From Octopus sinensis (Eukaryota): a stretch of 64,000 nucleotides of DNA. A program made the position numbers and the translations under genes. The stretch spans positions 21,018,001 through 21,082,000 of the forward strand of contig NC_043002.1 in assembly GCF_006345805.1 (NCBI RefSeq). The letters run 5' to 3'. Positions 11,349 to 24,583 of this stretch are shown in pieces. Position 1 is the stretch's first letter, and the number at the start of each line of letters is the position of its first letter. A model generated the notes under the pieces. It was not told where the DNA came from. It did not search any database and worked only from the letters and a program-made list of their open reading frames with translations.

Positions 11349-11740
11349 GGATCTTTTCGGTTTCAACGGCAGTTTTTTATAGCGGTGTCATATGAAATTG
11401 TCACCCATAATTATGACCTTAGTATCGATCAATTGCATTTCAATCTGTTTTAGGGTTAGGGTTAGGGGTGGGGGTAAGGGTATCTTTTCTTCTTCACAAA
11501 TGTAAATAAACCCAATCTGTTCTTAAAACGAGGACATATTCATACGGCACAGAATGTTTTTTTACCCCAATAGATGTCATTGATTGGTGAAATTGCAAAA
11601 TGAGAAAAAAAACAACAAATCTACAAACTATAGAATTTTTCAATAAAGCAAGAGAAAAAAGAATTTTTATAAACAACATTCTATCAGTATACGAAGTTTA
11701 AAATTGTTTAGTTGAACTGCCGTTCAAACCGAAAAGATCC
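11349..11740 (+). mobile_element. TTAGGG-bearing MITE (copy 2)
   Basis: Same TIRs; TSD CCATTTTC at 11341-11348 and 11741-11748. Confidence 0.92.
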
Positions 11741-11759
11741 CCATTTTCTTCCATATCTT

Positions 11760-13240
11760 CAACCTTTTTCCTTAACAGTGTGGCCCTTAAGATATGTGAC
11801 ATCTTCCACTTCTGAAGAATTGATATTGCTCCACTTCAAGGTGTTCTTCAGTTAATCTTTAAACAGCTTCGTTAATACTCCACCCAGGCGTTGACCATAA
11901 TTTGCCTACTGTAGAGTCTCCCCTACAGATGAAACAAGAGTGAGTCATGCACTCTACATCTCCGAACCATCACCACAGTTGATACCTAATTAGGGTGGAT
12001 TCTATGTTATTGACGTTGGTTCGATGGAAGATTTGTATGTATGTAATTCCTTCTTTTCCTTTAACTGAAAGGATCTTCTGTCGACATTGGATGTTAAAAC
12101 CTGTGAGCATTTTTTTTTCTTTTATCTATCAGTTGTACAATATCCGTGTTTCACGCCCGCAGAGCAGAGTGGAAATTGCCTGTCAGACGAGAATTTTCTC
12201 ATAGAGGCTGAAATATTTGTTTAGAAATACTCTTTTCGAACCTTCTAAAAAATTAAAAGATGTGCCTAATATGCTTTTGAATTTCCTTGTCCGGGGTGCA
12301 ATCGTTAGAAATGATACTGCTTGGCATCTGAATCAGGATACAAGCTGTTATTGTTTTACTGCGTAAGTGGAGAAGACGGATGTAATACAATCTACCAGTA
12401 AGAAATGATCTCAGTTTTCTAGATGTTAATTGCCAGGCCTACTACTTCATAAGATCTAAGCGCTGCTAATATGATGGTCAGAATGGCATCATGAGTGCAA
12501 ACTATTACAACAATGTCGTCACCATACTGCAGCTCAATAATCTTTTAAGATCTGAGAATTTTGGTGGCCATCAACTTTCTGTTGTTGAAAAGATTCTCAT
12601 CGAATCGAAATCGATTCACTTCCCTTTTCTACCAGTCTTCGTAGTATCGTCGTCACATAGATGAAGAAAACGATGCTAGATGAAGTACGCTATGTTGCTT
12701 GACAACTGTGTTTATACTGAAGTACTCGACGCGTGAAAGAGATTGGCTAAGCAACCAAACTTTCTTACAACATCCGGCAAAAGCTCTCTGTGTCTAAAGT
12801 CGTTGACAAATGAAATTAACAGATCCTTAAGTCACTTTTTGCATTTTCTTTTAAGTTTCCTTGTGACGACGAACCTTTCTATGACTCTGGTTTGATATTT
12901 TCTGATATTAATTGGACCATTTAAAAAAAATATAATCTTGGTTAGGACATTCCCAGCAATGAATAAGAGTATCATATCCCGGTTTTTGTAGTAAATAAAT
13001 ATATCTCAGTTGATTTTTGTAGAGAGTGACAATGTTAGCACCCTTCCAGTTTTGTGGTATCGTCTTCTGGCCGCGTGTCTCAGTGACGTAGCGAGTGCAG
13101 AAGTAACTGACTTCCTTTATGATATGTGTTACAATACTGTCTGGTCCGGGAGGTTTCCTCTTTTCCAGTGTTTTGATAGCAGCACTAAAGCCTGAGATGT
13201 TAGATGACAGACATTTCGCAAAATGGTAGGTATTTTGCAT
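11760..13240 (-). mobile_element. Old RTE LINE fragment (RT to C-terminus), many disablements
   Basis: Minus strand: KPPGPDSI...WKGANIVTLYKN; RFRFDENLFN...IELQYGDD; FKD*LKNTLKWSNI. Confidence 0.75.
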
Positions 13241-13669
13241 AATTTAGGAGATAGCTCATTACACTTTTTTGTTTAAATTATACAGATTACTTAGGTCATA
13301 AATTATGCAAATTACTTAAGTCATAAATGTATTATAATCTTTTAGTGTAAGTCTAAATCCCTTGAAATCTGAAGATTAGGATGGACAATTGACGTACTGT
13401 TGACGGATATTGAGTTAGAAACACGTGTACATCATTGTCCTCCTATCTCCAGAAAATAAATCATTTTTTTTCTTTAACGAAGAATACTTGGTTCTTAGGA
13501 TTATCTCCTCTTTTCATACGGAGCTGATCTTAACTGGAGTTTGTAATTATGATACATATTGTAGAAGCGGAGATAATTTTGATAAATCAATTAATGGTGT
13601 ATAATATTTTATATTGATATATTTGACTGCATGTATATGTATAGGTATACGTGTATATATATATATATA

Positions 13670-15200
13670 CACGTATACAAACATACAAATATTTAGGGAT
13701 AAATGAAGGCTCTGGTATTCAGCATGCAAGCATGAAAGAGAAGATCAGGAAGGAATGTTATAGGAGAGTTCGTGCAGTCCTGAAAACTGAACTAAATGCA
13801 CGTAACAAGGAGTTAGCTATAAATTCCTTAGCAGTTCCAGTTGTTACTTATAGCTACAATGTGTTGAACTGGAATATGAGTGAAGTAAAGAATATAGATA
13901 GGAAAATACGCAAGCTGCTGAGTTGTTATAGGAGGCACCACCCAAAGGCAGACATAGATCGCCTTTACCTTCCCAGAGCCCAAGGAGGTCAAGGCCTGAT
14001 CCAATTTGAACTAGCTCATAAAACAACCACAATTGGACTGGCCAAATATCTTGAAATAACGAATGACTGGATGCTAAAGCTCGTGGAAAATCACGAGAGA
14101 CGAAAGAAGCTTCATTCTATCATAAAGGAAAGCAACAAATTTGCTATTGATCTCGTGCAGGATACCCAGACTGAACAACCCGAGGGAAGTACGGCAACTA
14201 TTGTTGCAAAGAAGGTGAAAATAATGGCAACGAAAAAAGCGCACGAGCAATTGGCTGATAGGTGGGAGGAGAAACCTCTGCACGGCAAATATGTGGCCCG
14301 TAGCAAACAAGCTGATGTTGACCAGAAGCAAACCCATCAGTGGCTGCGGAGCTCAGGGCTAAAAGCAGAGAGTGAAGGTTTCATCCTGGCTGCTCAAGAC
14401 CAAAGCCTATCAACCCGGAACTACCAGGCCAATGTGATGAAAAATGGAGCAGACCCAAAATGCCGATTCTGCAACGACATGATTGAAACAGTGGACCACC
14501 TAATCTCTGGATGGAAAGTCTTAGCACCAGTGGAGTATAAATTAAGACATGACAGAGTTGGCCAATATCTACACTGGCTAATAAGTCGGCATTACAATAT
14601 CAAAACTGCCGACAAGTGGTATAATCACCACCCTGAAGCTGTAACTGAAGGAGAAAATGTAACGATTCTGTGGGACTTTCCAGTACATACAGACCGAACC
14701 ATCAAAGCCAATAAACCGGATATTGTTGTGAAAGACCAAAACAATAAAGTTTGCTTATTGATCGACATGAGCATCCCCTGTAATCATAATATCTCGGCGA
14801 TAGAGTTTGACAAGCTCAGAAAATATAAAAACCTGCTCATTGAAATTGAGAAAATGTGGCATCTCAAGGCGGTTACAATACCAGTGATCGATGGAGCACT
14901 AGGAATGATCAAGAAGGGAACCGAAAATTATATGAGAATGATCCCTGGCTTACCATCCCTGCAAGAAGTGCAAAAGATTGTCTTAACTGGTACATCACAC
15001 GTATTGAAAAGAGCATTGTCGATGTGAGAACTATTACTACCCATGTATTTTAATTTAACTTAAAAAAAAATGAACGAACTAGTGAGTTTAATTTAATGGC
15101 CTACCAATGTATACTATGAGTTTCTTTGCCCTAGGAGTCGGGAAGACACTCGGCAAGAAATGGAAGCAAATTTGAAAGAAGAAGAAAAAAAGATAATAAT
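13670..15200 (+). mobile_element. R4/Dong-clade non-LTR retrotransposon, 5' truncated, uninterrupted ~450-aa ORF remnant (RT thumb, CCHC, REL endonuclease)
   Basis: YKYLG, CRFC-x7-H-x4-W (last Cys to Trp), RHDRVG, KPDIVV...LIDMSIP...K..KY; 3' UTR ends in (TAA)n. Confidence 0.92.
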
Positions 15201-15239
15201 AATAATAATAATAATAATATAATAATAATAATGATAATG

Positions 15240-15525
15240 ATAATGAAATTATTGTATACAGTGCTCAGGTGCACCACAACTTGTCAAAAGAGCGTATAAA
15301 GCATATGCAGTAATGTACAAATGTCTGGAAAGTGAACAGTGTATGAGTCAGATACATGCTTGCGTGTGTATGGAGGGGAGAAAATCAGGTGTAGTGTTGG
15401 CAAATCTCAGGAAGCATGGAAGTTTTGAAGGATGCAGTTTGTTCCATGCTTTAGTAACTCTTAGCGTGAAAAAATGTTTCCGAAAGTCATGGGAGTTGTG
15501 CTGTTTTCTGACTTTGAGACTGCGT
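15240..15525 (-). mobile_element. CR1/L2-group LINE 3' end
   Basis: Reverse complement of 6490-6790 (VRKQHNSHDFRKHFFTLRV..AWNKL plus UTR). Confidence 0.88.
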
Positions 15526-16099
15526 ACAAATGTCGAACGAAATGTTTCTTGTCGTTTGCAATTGCATTGCTTCGCATTATCGGTAAGTGCTTCGACTAGA
15601 ACGGTCATCAGCTTGAAAAGAGGTAGCCACACACGCACGAACGCACGCACGCACGCACGCACGCACGCACACACGCACGCACACACATACACACACACAC
15701 ACATATACACCCACCCACACACACACATACACCCCCCAGACACAAATTAAATTCTGTCTGTCTATTCTATTAAGTTTTAAAAATCAAGTGCATTTTAATA
15801 TTCATCGATTTACAATCATTCAATGTGTGATTTATAATCATTCAAAGGTGTGCCCCCACCCCAAATATATATTTTTGGGGATACCTTGTATTAATAATAA
15901 TACTTAATTTGGGTCGAGAGAGTATCTTACTACACTGAGTTTTGCCTGTAGGTGCACAGGGTCTGTAAACGAAACTCAGAGTAGCAAGAGACTAACTTGA
16001 CCAAAATACTGTGTGTGTGTGTATGTGTGTGTGTGTGTGTGTGTAGTATAAATATGAATGTCCTAATCTGATCCCATATTTGTTTGTCTATCCTTTATT

Positions 16100-16375
16100 C
16101 TATTTTTAGGGCACTGGGAGAAAGCCAATACAAGTGGGAAGATGACAAGGTCTTTACAGAAATTACTGATTTGTAAAGGGTGAAAGGTGACAAATACAAG
16201 CAACCACCACAAAAGGGAATCAGATTCCTAAAGGAAGGCGACAAGGCTCCCTACACAAAAGCAAAAGCAGGAAGCCTCAGGCTGGGAGAAGCAAATGGAA
16301 CTGAAGGGAAGACTTGTTTTTCTAGACAATATAAAGGTAACATCATTCCGACCAGACAAAATCCATGTTACCGCT
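16100..16375 (+). mobile_element. HERO/NeSL-like REL-domain fragment
   Basis: IRFLKEGDKAP...G-W.MELKGRLVFLDNIKVTSFRPD resembles the W-x-M...LVFP...LRPD motif preceding REL domains. Confidence 0.5.
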
Positions 16376-16428
16376 ATCTACAGGGGTATAAAAAGATCAT
16401 CGACGTCGAGCACACAGAGCCATATCTA

Positions 16429-16471
<43 letters not shown>

Positions 16472-16475
16472 TTCT

Positions 16476-16507
<32 letters not shown>

Positions 16508-16581
16508 CGATCTGTCTGTCTGTCTATCTATGAATGCATGTGTTTGTATATATATACATATATATACATATGTATATATAT

Positions 16582-16626
<45 letters not shown>

Positions 16627-16627
16627 A

Positions 16628-16832
16628 AAGGAAATGAAGAAAATGCTGACAAATAATTGAAGTAATTTAAGTAATTTAATTAGGTGAAAGTTCTTTTACC
16701 GGTTGCGCATTTGTTATGCTTATCAAAATATTTTTGATAAGCATAACAAATGCGCAACCGGTAAAAAGAACTTTCACCTAATTAAATTACTTAAATTACT
16801 TCAATTATTTGTCAGCATTTCTTCATTTCCTT
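16628..16832. repeat. Near-perfect ~200-bp palindrome between (TA)n runs
   Basis: ~100-bp arms differing only in homopolymer lengths; centre CAAAATATTTTTG. Confidence 0.95.
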
Positions 16833-16874
16833 CCTTTTTTATATATCACTACTCGTGTTCGACATCTCCTTTTT

Positions 16875-17432
<558 letters not shown>

Positions 17433-17761
17433 CATATATGCATATATATGCATATATCGTAAAAGATACCGTATAACGCACTATCACACAACTATTAACA
17501 GCAGTAAATAATCTGCATTAAACCGATCAAATATATAATGAAAACGATAATCTGAGAAATGATAAAGCTTCATTACATTATGTTAGTATTTTTTTCTGAA
17601 TATTTTAAGTGGGTTGGGAAAACTTCGCAAACCCACTGTCGTAGATTATATGCACTACTAATTTTATTTTGAGTATGACTTTTGAGAAAAACAGAAAGTG
17701 TATAGTTTAGTTTATGGAAATTTGCGGCTTGTGTGTGTAGACGTGTGTGATTGTGTGTGTG

Positions 17762-17763
17762 AT

Positions 17764-17828
<65 letters not shown>

Positions 17829-17830
17829 CA
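17762..17830. repeat. (ATAG)n microsatellite
   Basis: Direct reading; another at 32045-32147. Confidence 0.95.
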
Positions 17831-18272
17831 GATAGAGAGAGAGGTGGAGACAGTGATAGAGAGATTAAGAGAGATAGTGTGTATGTATTACGTATGTAAA
17901 TGATATATTTGTAGAAGTATGTAAACATAAATATACATGCAAATGTATTCATAAATATGTGAGTATATATATATATGTATATTTATACATACATACATAC
18001 ACACACACATATTACAGAGGGAGGGCACAAGTTAAAAAAAGCTGTATATATATATATATGATCTTTTGTGGAGAATGGCGATTTGACGTCTATATCTAGC
18101 ATGTTGACTGTCCACTTTTCGTGTTCAGTCCTTAATTGGTATATATAAATATTTAATCTTCGGATTCTTTTTTTAATATGCTAGACCACTGGTTTTAATT
18201 GATAAAATATGATTTCTACCCTTAATTAATTTTATATATACATATATATATATATATAATATATATATATAT

Positions 18273-18419
18273 TATTGAAGTAGATAAATGAATTATCTTA
18301 TACGGATTATTCAAATGATAACCGACACTGGGTAGCAAAAATCACGGTTGAGGTTACGACCATGGGGCCTAAAATCCGTGCCTTAGTGCGGAAATTTGAA
18401 GTTTTATATATTCCTACAC

Positions 18420-18425
<6 letters not shown>
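18273..18425. mobile_element. Short (TA)n-embedded repeat, copy 1
   Basis: ATTGAAGTAGA...ATTCAAATGATAAC...CTGGGTAGCAAAA...CCTACACTAAA shared with 31905-32020. Confidence 0.65.
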
Positions 18426-18460
<35 letters not shown>

Positions 18461-18464
18461 CATG

Positions 18465-18503
<39 letters not shown>

Positions 18504-18559
18504 AGAGAGAAAGAGGAAGACAGAAAGAGAGAGAGAGAAAGAGAGACACACATAGACGT

Positions 18560-19203
18560 TTTGGGACGCATGCATGGGCATCCACCCCCCTTCACTATGG
18601 ACGCCGTCGTCAACCTTGTTATCGGTGTCAAACAACGACTGAGCTTGTCTAACCTGTTTGTTTGTATGCGTTTAGTCTTCTTTTCTGTTCGTCGTCTTTA
18701 CACACACGCACTTAATTTAGCAACGGGACGAACGAACAACATGCCCAAAAGACAAAAAAATTACTCATTGAAAAACATTTCATATTGTAGTCGTCGTCGT
18801 TGTCGCTGGGTGACTGTCCATGGCTTCAATACTTGCTAGAAATAGCAGCCACAATCTCTTTGAAACCACACCCTTATGTATGTCTTAAAAAGCAAATAAA
18901 ATCAGTGGAATTCGTTGGATAATATAGTCGTCTTAGGTATATAAAGCCTGATTAAAAGTTGGGATGGTCACGAGTGGGCGGTCTTTAATCGTAGATCATA
19001 CGTACTTTATTAGTATTACCGCCAGCGTCAGACCACGAGAACTTCGTTGTAAAAGTTCTTGACACGCGAATGACAGAGAATCTCTTAAAAAATTTGTTTA
19101 AACGAATCACGTAAGAGGTTTCCCTCAATTACTGGAACCGCTCGTAACTACGAGGGAAAGACAGATAGACAAGGAGATAGAGAGAGGGAAAAGACAGAGA
19201 GAA

Positions 19204-19280
<77 letters not shown>

Positions 19281-19600
19281 AAGAGAGAGAGCTGCCAGTG
19301 TCCCTTCTAATGACGATGTTTATTTGAGGAAAAAGTTATATAACTTTTCGTGTTCGGGTGGACGGGTAGCCGGCTTTTGGGTACGTTACAAAATATCCAG
19401 GCTACACCCAGTTGGATTCTTACCGTCAGAGTTGAAACGAAATCAAGGTGAGTTAGACATGTTTTTTTTTTTTTTCTTTTTCTGTTGTCATCGCGCTGTC
19501 AGTGTTTAGCTCTGCCAACGAATGTTCGCGCGCGCACACGCACATAAGCAAGCACGTCGCGCGCGCACAGACACGTTTTACTATCAAATGAATGAGTGAT
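18560..19600. promoter_or_regulatory. CpG-rich non-repeat segment, candidate promoter/first exon
   Basis: High CpG retention, (CG)n/(CA)n, GA run; donor-like sites on both strands (minus GTAAG near 19417, plus GTGAGT near 19448). Confidence 0.35.
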
Positions 19601-19849
19601 AAATAAATGATGCAGAATTCATAGATATTAAAAATCAGCTGATTATAATCTACTCTGATGCTGCTCAGAGTTTCTCGCCATGTATTTTCAATCGAACATT
19701 AAACAGCGATTATATATTTATGTGTGTAGGTGTGTATATGTTAATATATATATATATTATATATAAGAAGGGATGACCACTAAGTGGACATCCAATGTGC
19801 TAGAAGTAGATCACCTACGATCTAACCACAAAGAAAAGAATCACCCTCA

Positions 19850-19871
19850 TTATATATATATATATATATAT

Positions 19872-19938
<67 letters not shown>

Positions 19939-19976
19939 TATATATAATATATATACATATATATATACATATACAT

Positions 19977-20007
<31 letters not shown>

Positions 20008-20053
20008 CATATATATATACATATACATACACACACCCACACATATAATATAT

Positions 20054-20096
<43 letters not shown>
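19850..20096. repeat. Compound TA/CA/GA microsatellite
   Basis: Direct reading. Confidence 0.95.
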
Positions 20097-20098
<2 letters not shown>

Positions 20099-20443
20099 AA
20101 CATTTCTGTTTTATTCCCTCCTTGTTTTCGTACACATTCGCTGCTTTCTTCCAAGGAATGTAATGCTCTTAACTTATTTTTTTCCTTGGGGGCTGGCCAG
20201 ATTGGAGCAATCTCGAGTATAACCAGCCGAAATTGCAAAGATAATCTGGAACTCGACTGAGGATAGAAAACTCCGAATGATCCGTACTTGTTTTCCTTGT
20301 ATCGTCTGTCTGGATATTTTGTTGTCCTTTTTTTGCTTCACCTAACTGTCTGGATGTTTTGCGTTTCTGTCCCATTTTGTATATATATATAACAGAACAA
20401 AGTGTACGTACGCCGAATATTATATATATATATATATATATTA

Positions 20444-20475
<32 letters not shown>

Positions 20476-20967
20476 CAAAAGCCTTAATCTTAAAAGGGCT
20501 TCGAATGACCCGTCCGTGTTTTTTGTATCGTCTATCTGGATGTTTTGCGTTCTTGTCCCATTTTGTATTGTTATATATATGTATATATTTGCTATGTCAA
20601 GCTGACTGAGTTTTGCTTCGGGTTAGCTTAGGCAATCTTTCGGTAAAAGTCTATGACACCATGAATGAATGCGTGACACCGTCTTTCATCTGCTCGACAG
20701 AGGTAAACAGTCCAACACACACACTCACATACACACAATCATGACTAATCTCATATACTAATACCGAAGCATTAACCTTACGACTTTTTATACAATATAT
20801 ATATATTTATATGGTCTCTATTCAAAGTAGCGATTTCTCTACCAGATGTTTGCACTTTGTAAACTGTACAATAAACTTTACAACTTTTACGCTACTATAT
20901 ATATATATTTATATAGTTGAAGAAAGATTAGAGATCTATACAAATTAAATTTTTATATATAAAACAT

Positions 20968-21327
20968 GGGGGTGGAAATAGCACAGAAATAAATCTAAGA
21001 CATTTCAATTTAAGACGGAATTTAATAAAAATGATTGGAAAAAAAACCATATAAAGAAAATATTACCGGTTTTGATGTATCTCATCTTATCAAATATCAG
21101 TAAAAATTTATAAAAATTTGAAGTAAAAACAGTTTATCTTCTGTCGACCCCCAGGCAGAAGATAAGTTGCTTTTTACTTCAAATTTTTATATATTTTTTA
21201 CTGGTATTTGATTAGATGAGATTCATGGAAACCGGTAATATTTTCATTATATAATTTTAAAATTCATTTGTATTAAATTCGCTCTTACGTTGAAATGTCT
21301 TACACTTCTGCGCTATTTCCACCACCC
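20968..21327. repeat. Degenerate 360-bp palindrome followed by a repeated tail
   Basis: Arms pair at roughly 80-85% by eye; loop near 21146-21153; tail 21340-21450 also present at 20490-20580 and 20236-20385. Confidence 0.9.
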
Positions 21328-21459
21328 GAAATTGCGAGGGTGATCCGGTTCTTGACTGAAGATTAGAGGCTTCGAATGACCCGTCCGTTTTTTGTGTCGT
21401 CTATTTGAATGTTTTGCGTTCTTGTCCCATTTTGTATTTTCATATATATTTTTTATACA

Positions 21460-21534
<75 letters not shown>

Positions 21535-21557
21535 TATTATATTTTATTATTATTATA

Positions 21558-21600
<43 letters not shown>

Positions 21601-21622
21601 TTATTATTATTATTATTATTCA

Positions 21623-21962
21623 GTAGTTTTATTTTTATAGCGTGCTTTCACTTCACTACCGAGCACAGCTCTGTGTGCCTTGGGTATGTGCTGTGATTTG
21701 TTGTGATGCTCTGATGGTATTGTATGGAAAGTGTTCTGCGTAGGATATGTGCAGTGCCTAGTAGTGCAATTTTTTGTATGTTATATGTGTTTGTAAGTCC
21801 TGGTGTTTTTGTTATGTATTTGTCTGAATATTTTTTATCATGCCTAATGCACCTATTATGATAGGAATTGTTTCTGTTTTCAGATTCCACATTCTAGTTA
21901 CCTCTATTTCCAGGTCTTTGTATTTTGAGAGTTTCTCCATTTCTTTTAGAGACACGTTGTCA
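21623..21962 (-). mobile_element. R4/Dong-clade 3' fragment inside (TAA)n
   Basis: KEMEKLSKYKDLEIEVTRMWNLKTETIPIIIGALGMIK...IQKIALLGTAHILRRTLSIQ*; TAA repeats on both sides. Confidence 0.9.
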
Positions 21963-21964
21963 TA

Positions 21965-22029
<65 letters not shown>

Positions 22030-22030
<1 letters not shown>

Positions 22031-22420
22031 GGCGCAGGGGTGGCTATATGGTAAGAAGCTTGTTTCCCAATCGCATGGTTCCGCGTTCAGTCGTGGCAAC
22101 TTGGCCAAGTGTCTTCTAACATAGCCTCGGGCCATCTAAAACATTGTGAGTGGATTTGATAGACAGAGACTGAAAGAAGCCCGTCGTAAATATATAGACA
22201 CATATATGTGTGTATGTGTGAGTGTGTTTGTCCCACACCATCGCTTGACAGCCGATGTTGGTGTGCTTACGTTCACGTAACATTAGCGCTTCGGCAGAAG
22301 TTCTCCATAAAATAAATTCTAGACTTACAAAGAATAAGTCCCGGGGTCGATTTGATTGACTAAATGCGGTGCTCCAGCATGGCCGCAGTCAAATGACTGA
22401 AACAAGTAAAAGAATAAAAG
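22030..22420 (+). mobile_element. SINE family A, full length
   Basis: All family A blocks. Confidence 0.9.
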
Positions 22421-23050
22421 AATATATATATATATATACATACATACACTCATGTATGTATTATATTATCTAATTTTTCTCATCGTATTTCGATTTGTCT
22501 CTTATCTGTCAATGTTCTTTTCTACTCTAGGCACAAAGCCCGAAATTTCTGGGCTTTATGTTGACATGTAAATGTATGTATGCACCTACCTGTTTATGTG
22601 TGTATTTATAAAAGAATGCTGTCCAAGGAAAACAGAAGTTATAGTTGCTTATTTACCTTATACTCAACCCTAACAGAACCGTACCTATAGTTAAAGACTT
22701 TCTAACTTTGTAATTTCAGTTCTTCAAGTATAGCGTACCCTTAACTTACGTCATATCATTACTCATATTTTTTTTAAGACAGTAGGGTATGGTTTGAGGG
22801 ACCTTCGGTTAGTATGTCTACCAAGTCGAACAAGCTCATAGATACTCCGTTTTGCATTGAGAATGCTTGTAATTATGTGTGCCGAGAAAAACGATTTAAT
22901 GGAACTTCGTATATCGCGGGGTTTGACGTAAATGCCAATCTTTCAGTTTTATGGAAGAAGGGACCAGTCTATGATTTTAGGGGCATATTTTTACGGGAGA
23001 ACTGATTTAGATTGTTTATATACCGTGGTGTTGAGGTGCGCGCGCGCGCG

Positions 23051-23102
<52 letters not shown>

Positions 23103-23152
23103 CGTGGGTGTGTGTCCGTCTTCCTTTTCTCTAGGACTTTCCTCTGTCTCCT

Positions 23153-23187
23153 GTTTCTGATAATGAGTTTTGCTCGAAACGTAAAAC
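23153..23187 (+). ncRNA. Minimal hammerhead-like motif (G8 to A variant)
   Basis: GTTT-CTGATAA-T-GAG-TTTTG-CTC-GAAA-C-GTA-AAAC: helix I GTTT/AAAC, helix II GAG/CTC, palindromic ACGT helix III. Confidence 0.55.
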
Positions 23188-23283
23188 ACCCGTTCTTTCC
23201 TTTTCTAAGCATCTTATAAGTGCATGTACCACGTCCTCGCGTTGTTGCTTTTGCTTGTCTTTTTTTCTCCGTTTTTTCTTAGC

Positions 23284-23592
23284 TATACCCTCTGACCATG
23301 GGATTGCACCTAGAAAGTTACCCTCCTAGTCACAAGTCTGGGCAAGGTTGTTTATGGAAGACCAGCAGTCGCCCATGCATACCAGCTTACCCTCTCCACG
23401 CCACCAGTGTTATCCAAGGGAAAGGCAACGGCCGATACAGCTTGGCACCTGTGACGTCGCAACTCATTTCTACAGCTGAGGGAAATAAAGTGTCTTGCCC
23501 AAGAACACAACACGCAACCCGGTCTGGGATTCGAGCTCACAACCTCACGATCGTAAGCTCGACGCTCTAACCATTGAGCCATGCGCCTTCAC
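23284..23592 (-). mobile_element. SINE family C
   Basis: Reverse complement of 1037-1352. Confidence 0.88.
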
Positions 23593-23626
23593 TATACATA
23601 CATACATACATACATACATACATACA

Positions 23627-23659
<33 letters not shown>

Positions 23660-23660
<1 letters not shown>

Positions 23661-23890
23661 CGACGGGCTTGTTTCAGCTTTCAGTCTTGTAAATACAGTC
23701 ACGTGGCTTCGGTCGGCCAGAGGCTATAGTAGAAGACACCTGCTGTGTGGTAAGAAGCTTGCTTTCCAACCACATGGTTCCGGTTTCAGTCCCACTGCTG
23801 GCACCTTGGGCAAGTGTCTTCTACTATAGCCTCGGGTCGACCAAAGCCTTATGAGTGGATTTGGTAGACGGAAACTGAAAGAAAGGCGCC

Positions 23891-23931
<41 letters not shown>

Positions 23932-24219
23932 CGCGTGTGTGTGTGTTCATGTCTCTCCCCCCTCCACAGGCACAAAGAACAAACACACTCACACATACAT
24001 ACATACATACATACATACATACATACATACATACACACATATATATATATATATACGACGGGCTTCTTTCAGTTTCCGTCTACCAAATCCACTCACAAGG
24101 CTTTGGTCGGCTCGCGGCTATAGTAGAAGGCACTTGTCCAAGGTGCTATACAGTGGGACTGAACTTGGAACCATGTGGTTGGGAAGCAAGCTTCTTACCA
24201 CACAGCCTCTCCTGTGCCC
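23660..24219. mobile_element. Three SINE A head segments in alternating orientation (-,+,-)
   Basis: 23660-23742 minus partial, 23743-23892 plus head, 24055-24219 minus head; separated by microsatellites. Confidence 0.85.
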
Positions 24220-24224
24220 GAGTT

Positions 24225-24523
24225 AAATACGTAAACAACGAGAAAATAAAATGGAAAATAGGACAAGTAAACATCGGTTTTCGGCTCTCTATCTACTCAT
24301 CACTTCAAGCACTCAACGACAATATGAGTCTTCAAAGACAGTTGCTCCGATTTTTTCTAAATCCTAAATTTTATTTTAAAAATGATGGGAGCAATTGTCT
24401 TTGAAGACTCATATTATCGTTGAATGCTCAAAATGAGGAGTAGATAGACAACCTACAACTGATGAAGGGTCTTTTCTCTGTATTTACTTATCTTGTTATC
24501 ATTTTTCGCGTGTTTACGTATTT
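24225..24523. repeat. Degenerate ~300-bp palindrome containing split hammerhead motifs
   Basis: Core arms 24287-24362 and 24373-24448 pair well; outer arms AAATACGTAAAC/GTTTACGTATTT; CTGATGA at 24459-24465. Confidence 0.88.
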
Positions 24524-24583
24524 CATGCTATCTGCACCGCTGGTGACATCCTGTACCACTATATGCCTGTATGTGTGTATGTA

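Noticed and set aside
16843-16866. Minus-strand GTCGAACACGAGTAG as a hammerhead 3' half
   Set aside because: GAAC not GAAA, no CTGANGA upstream, and orientation opposite to the model
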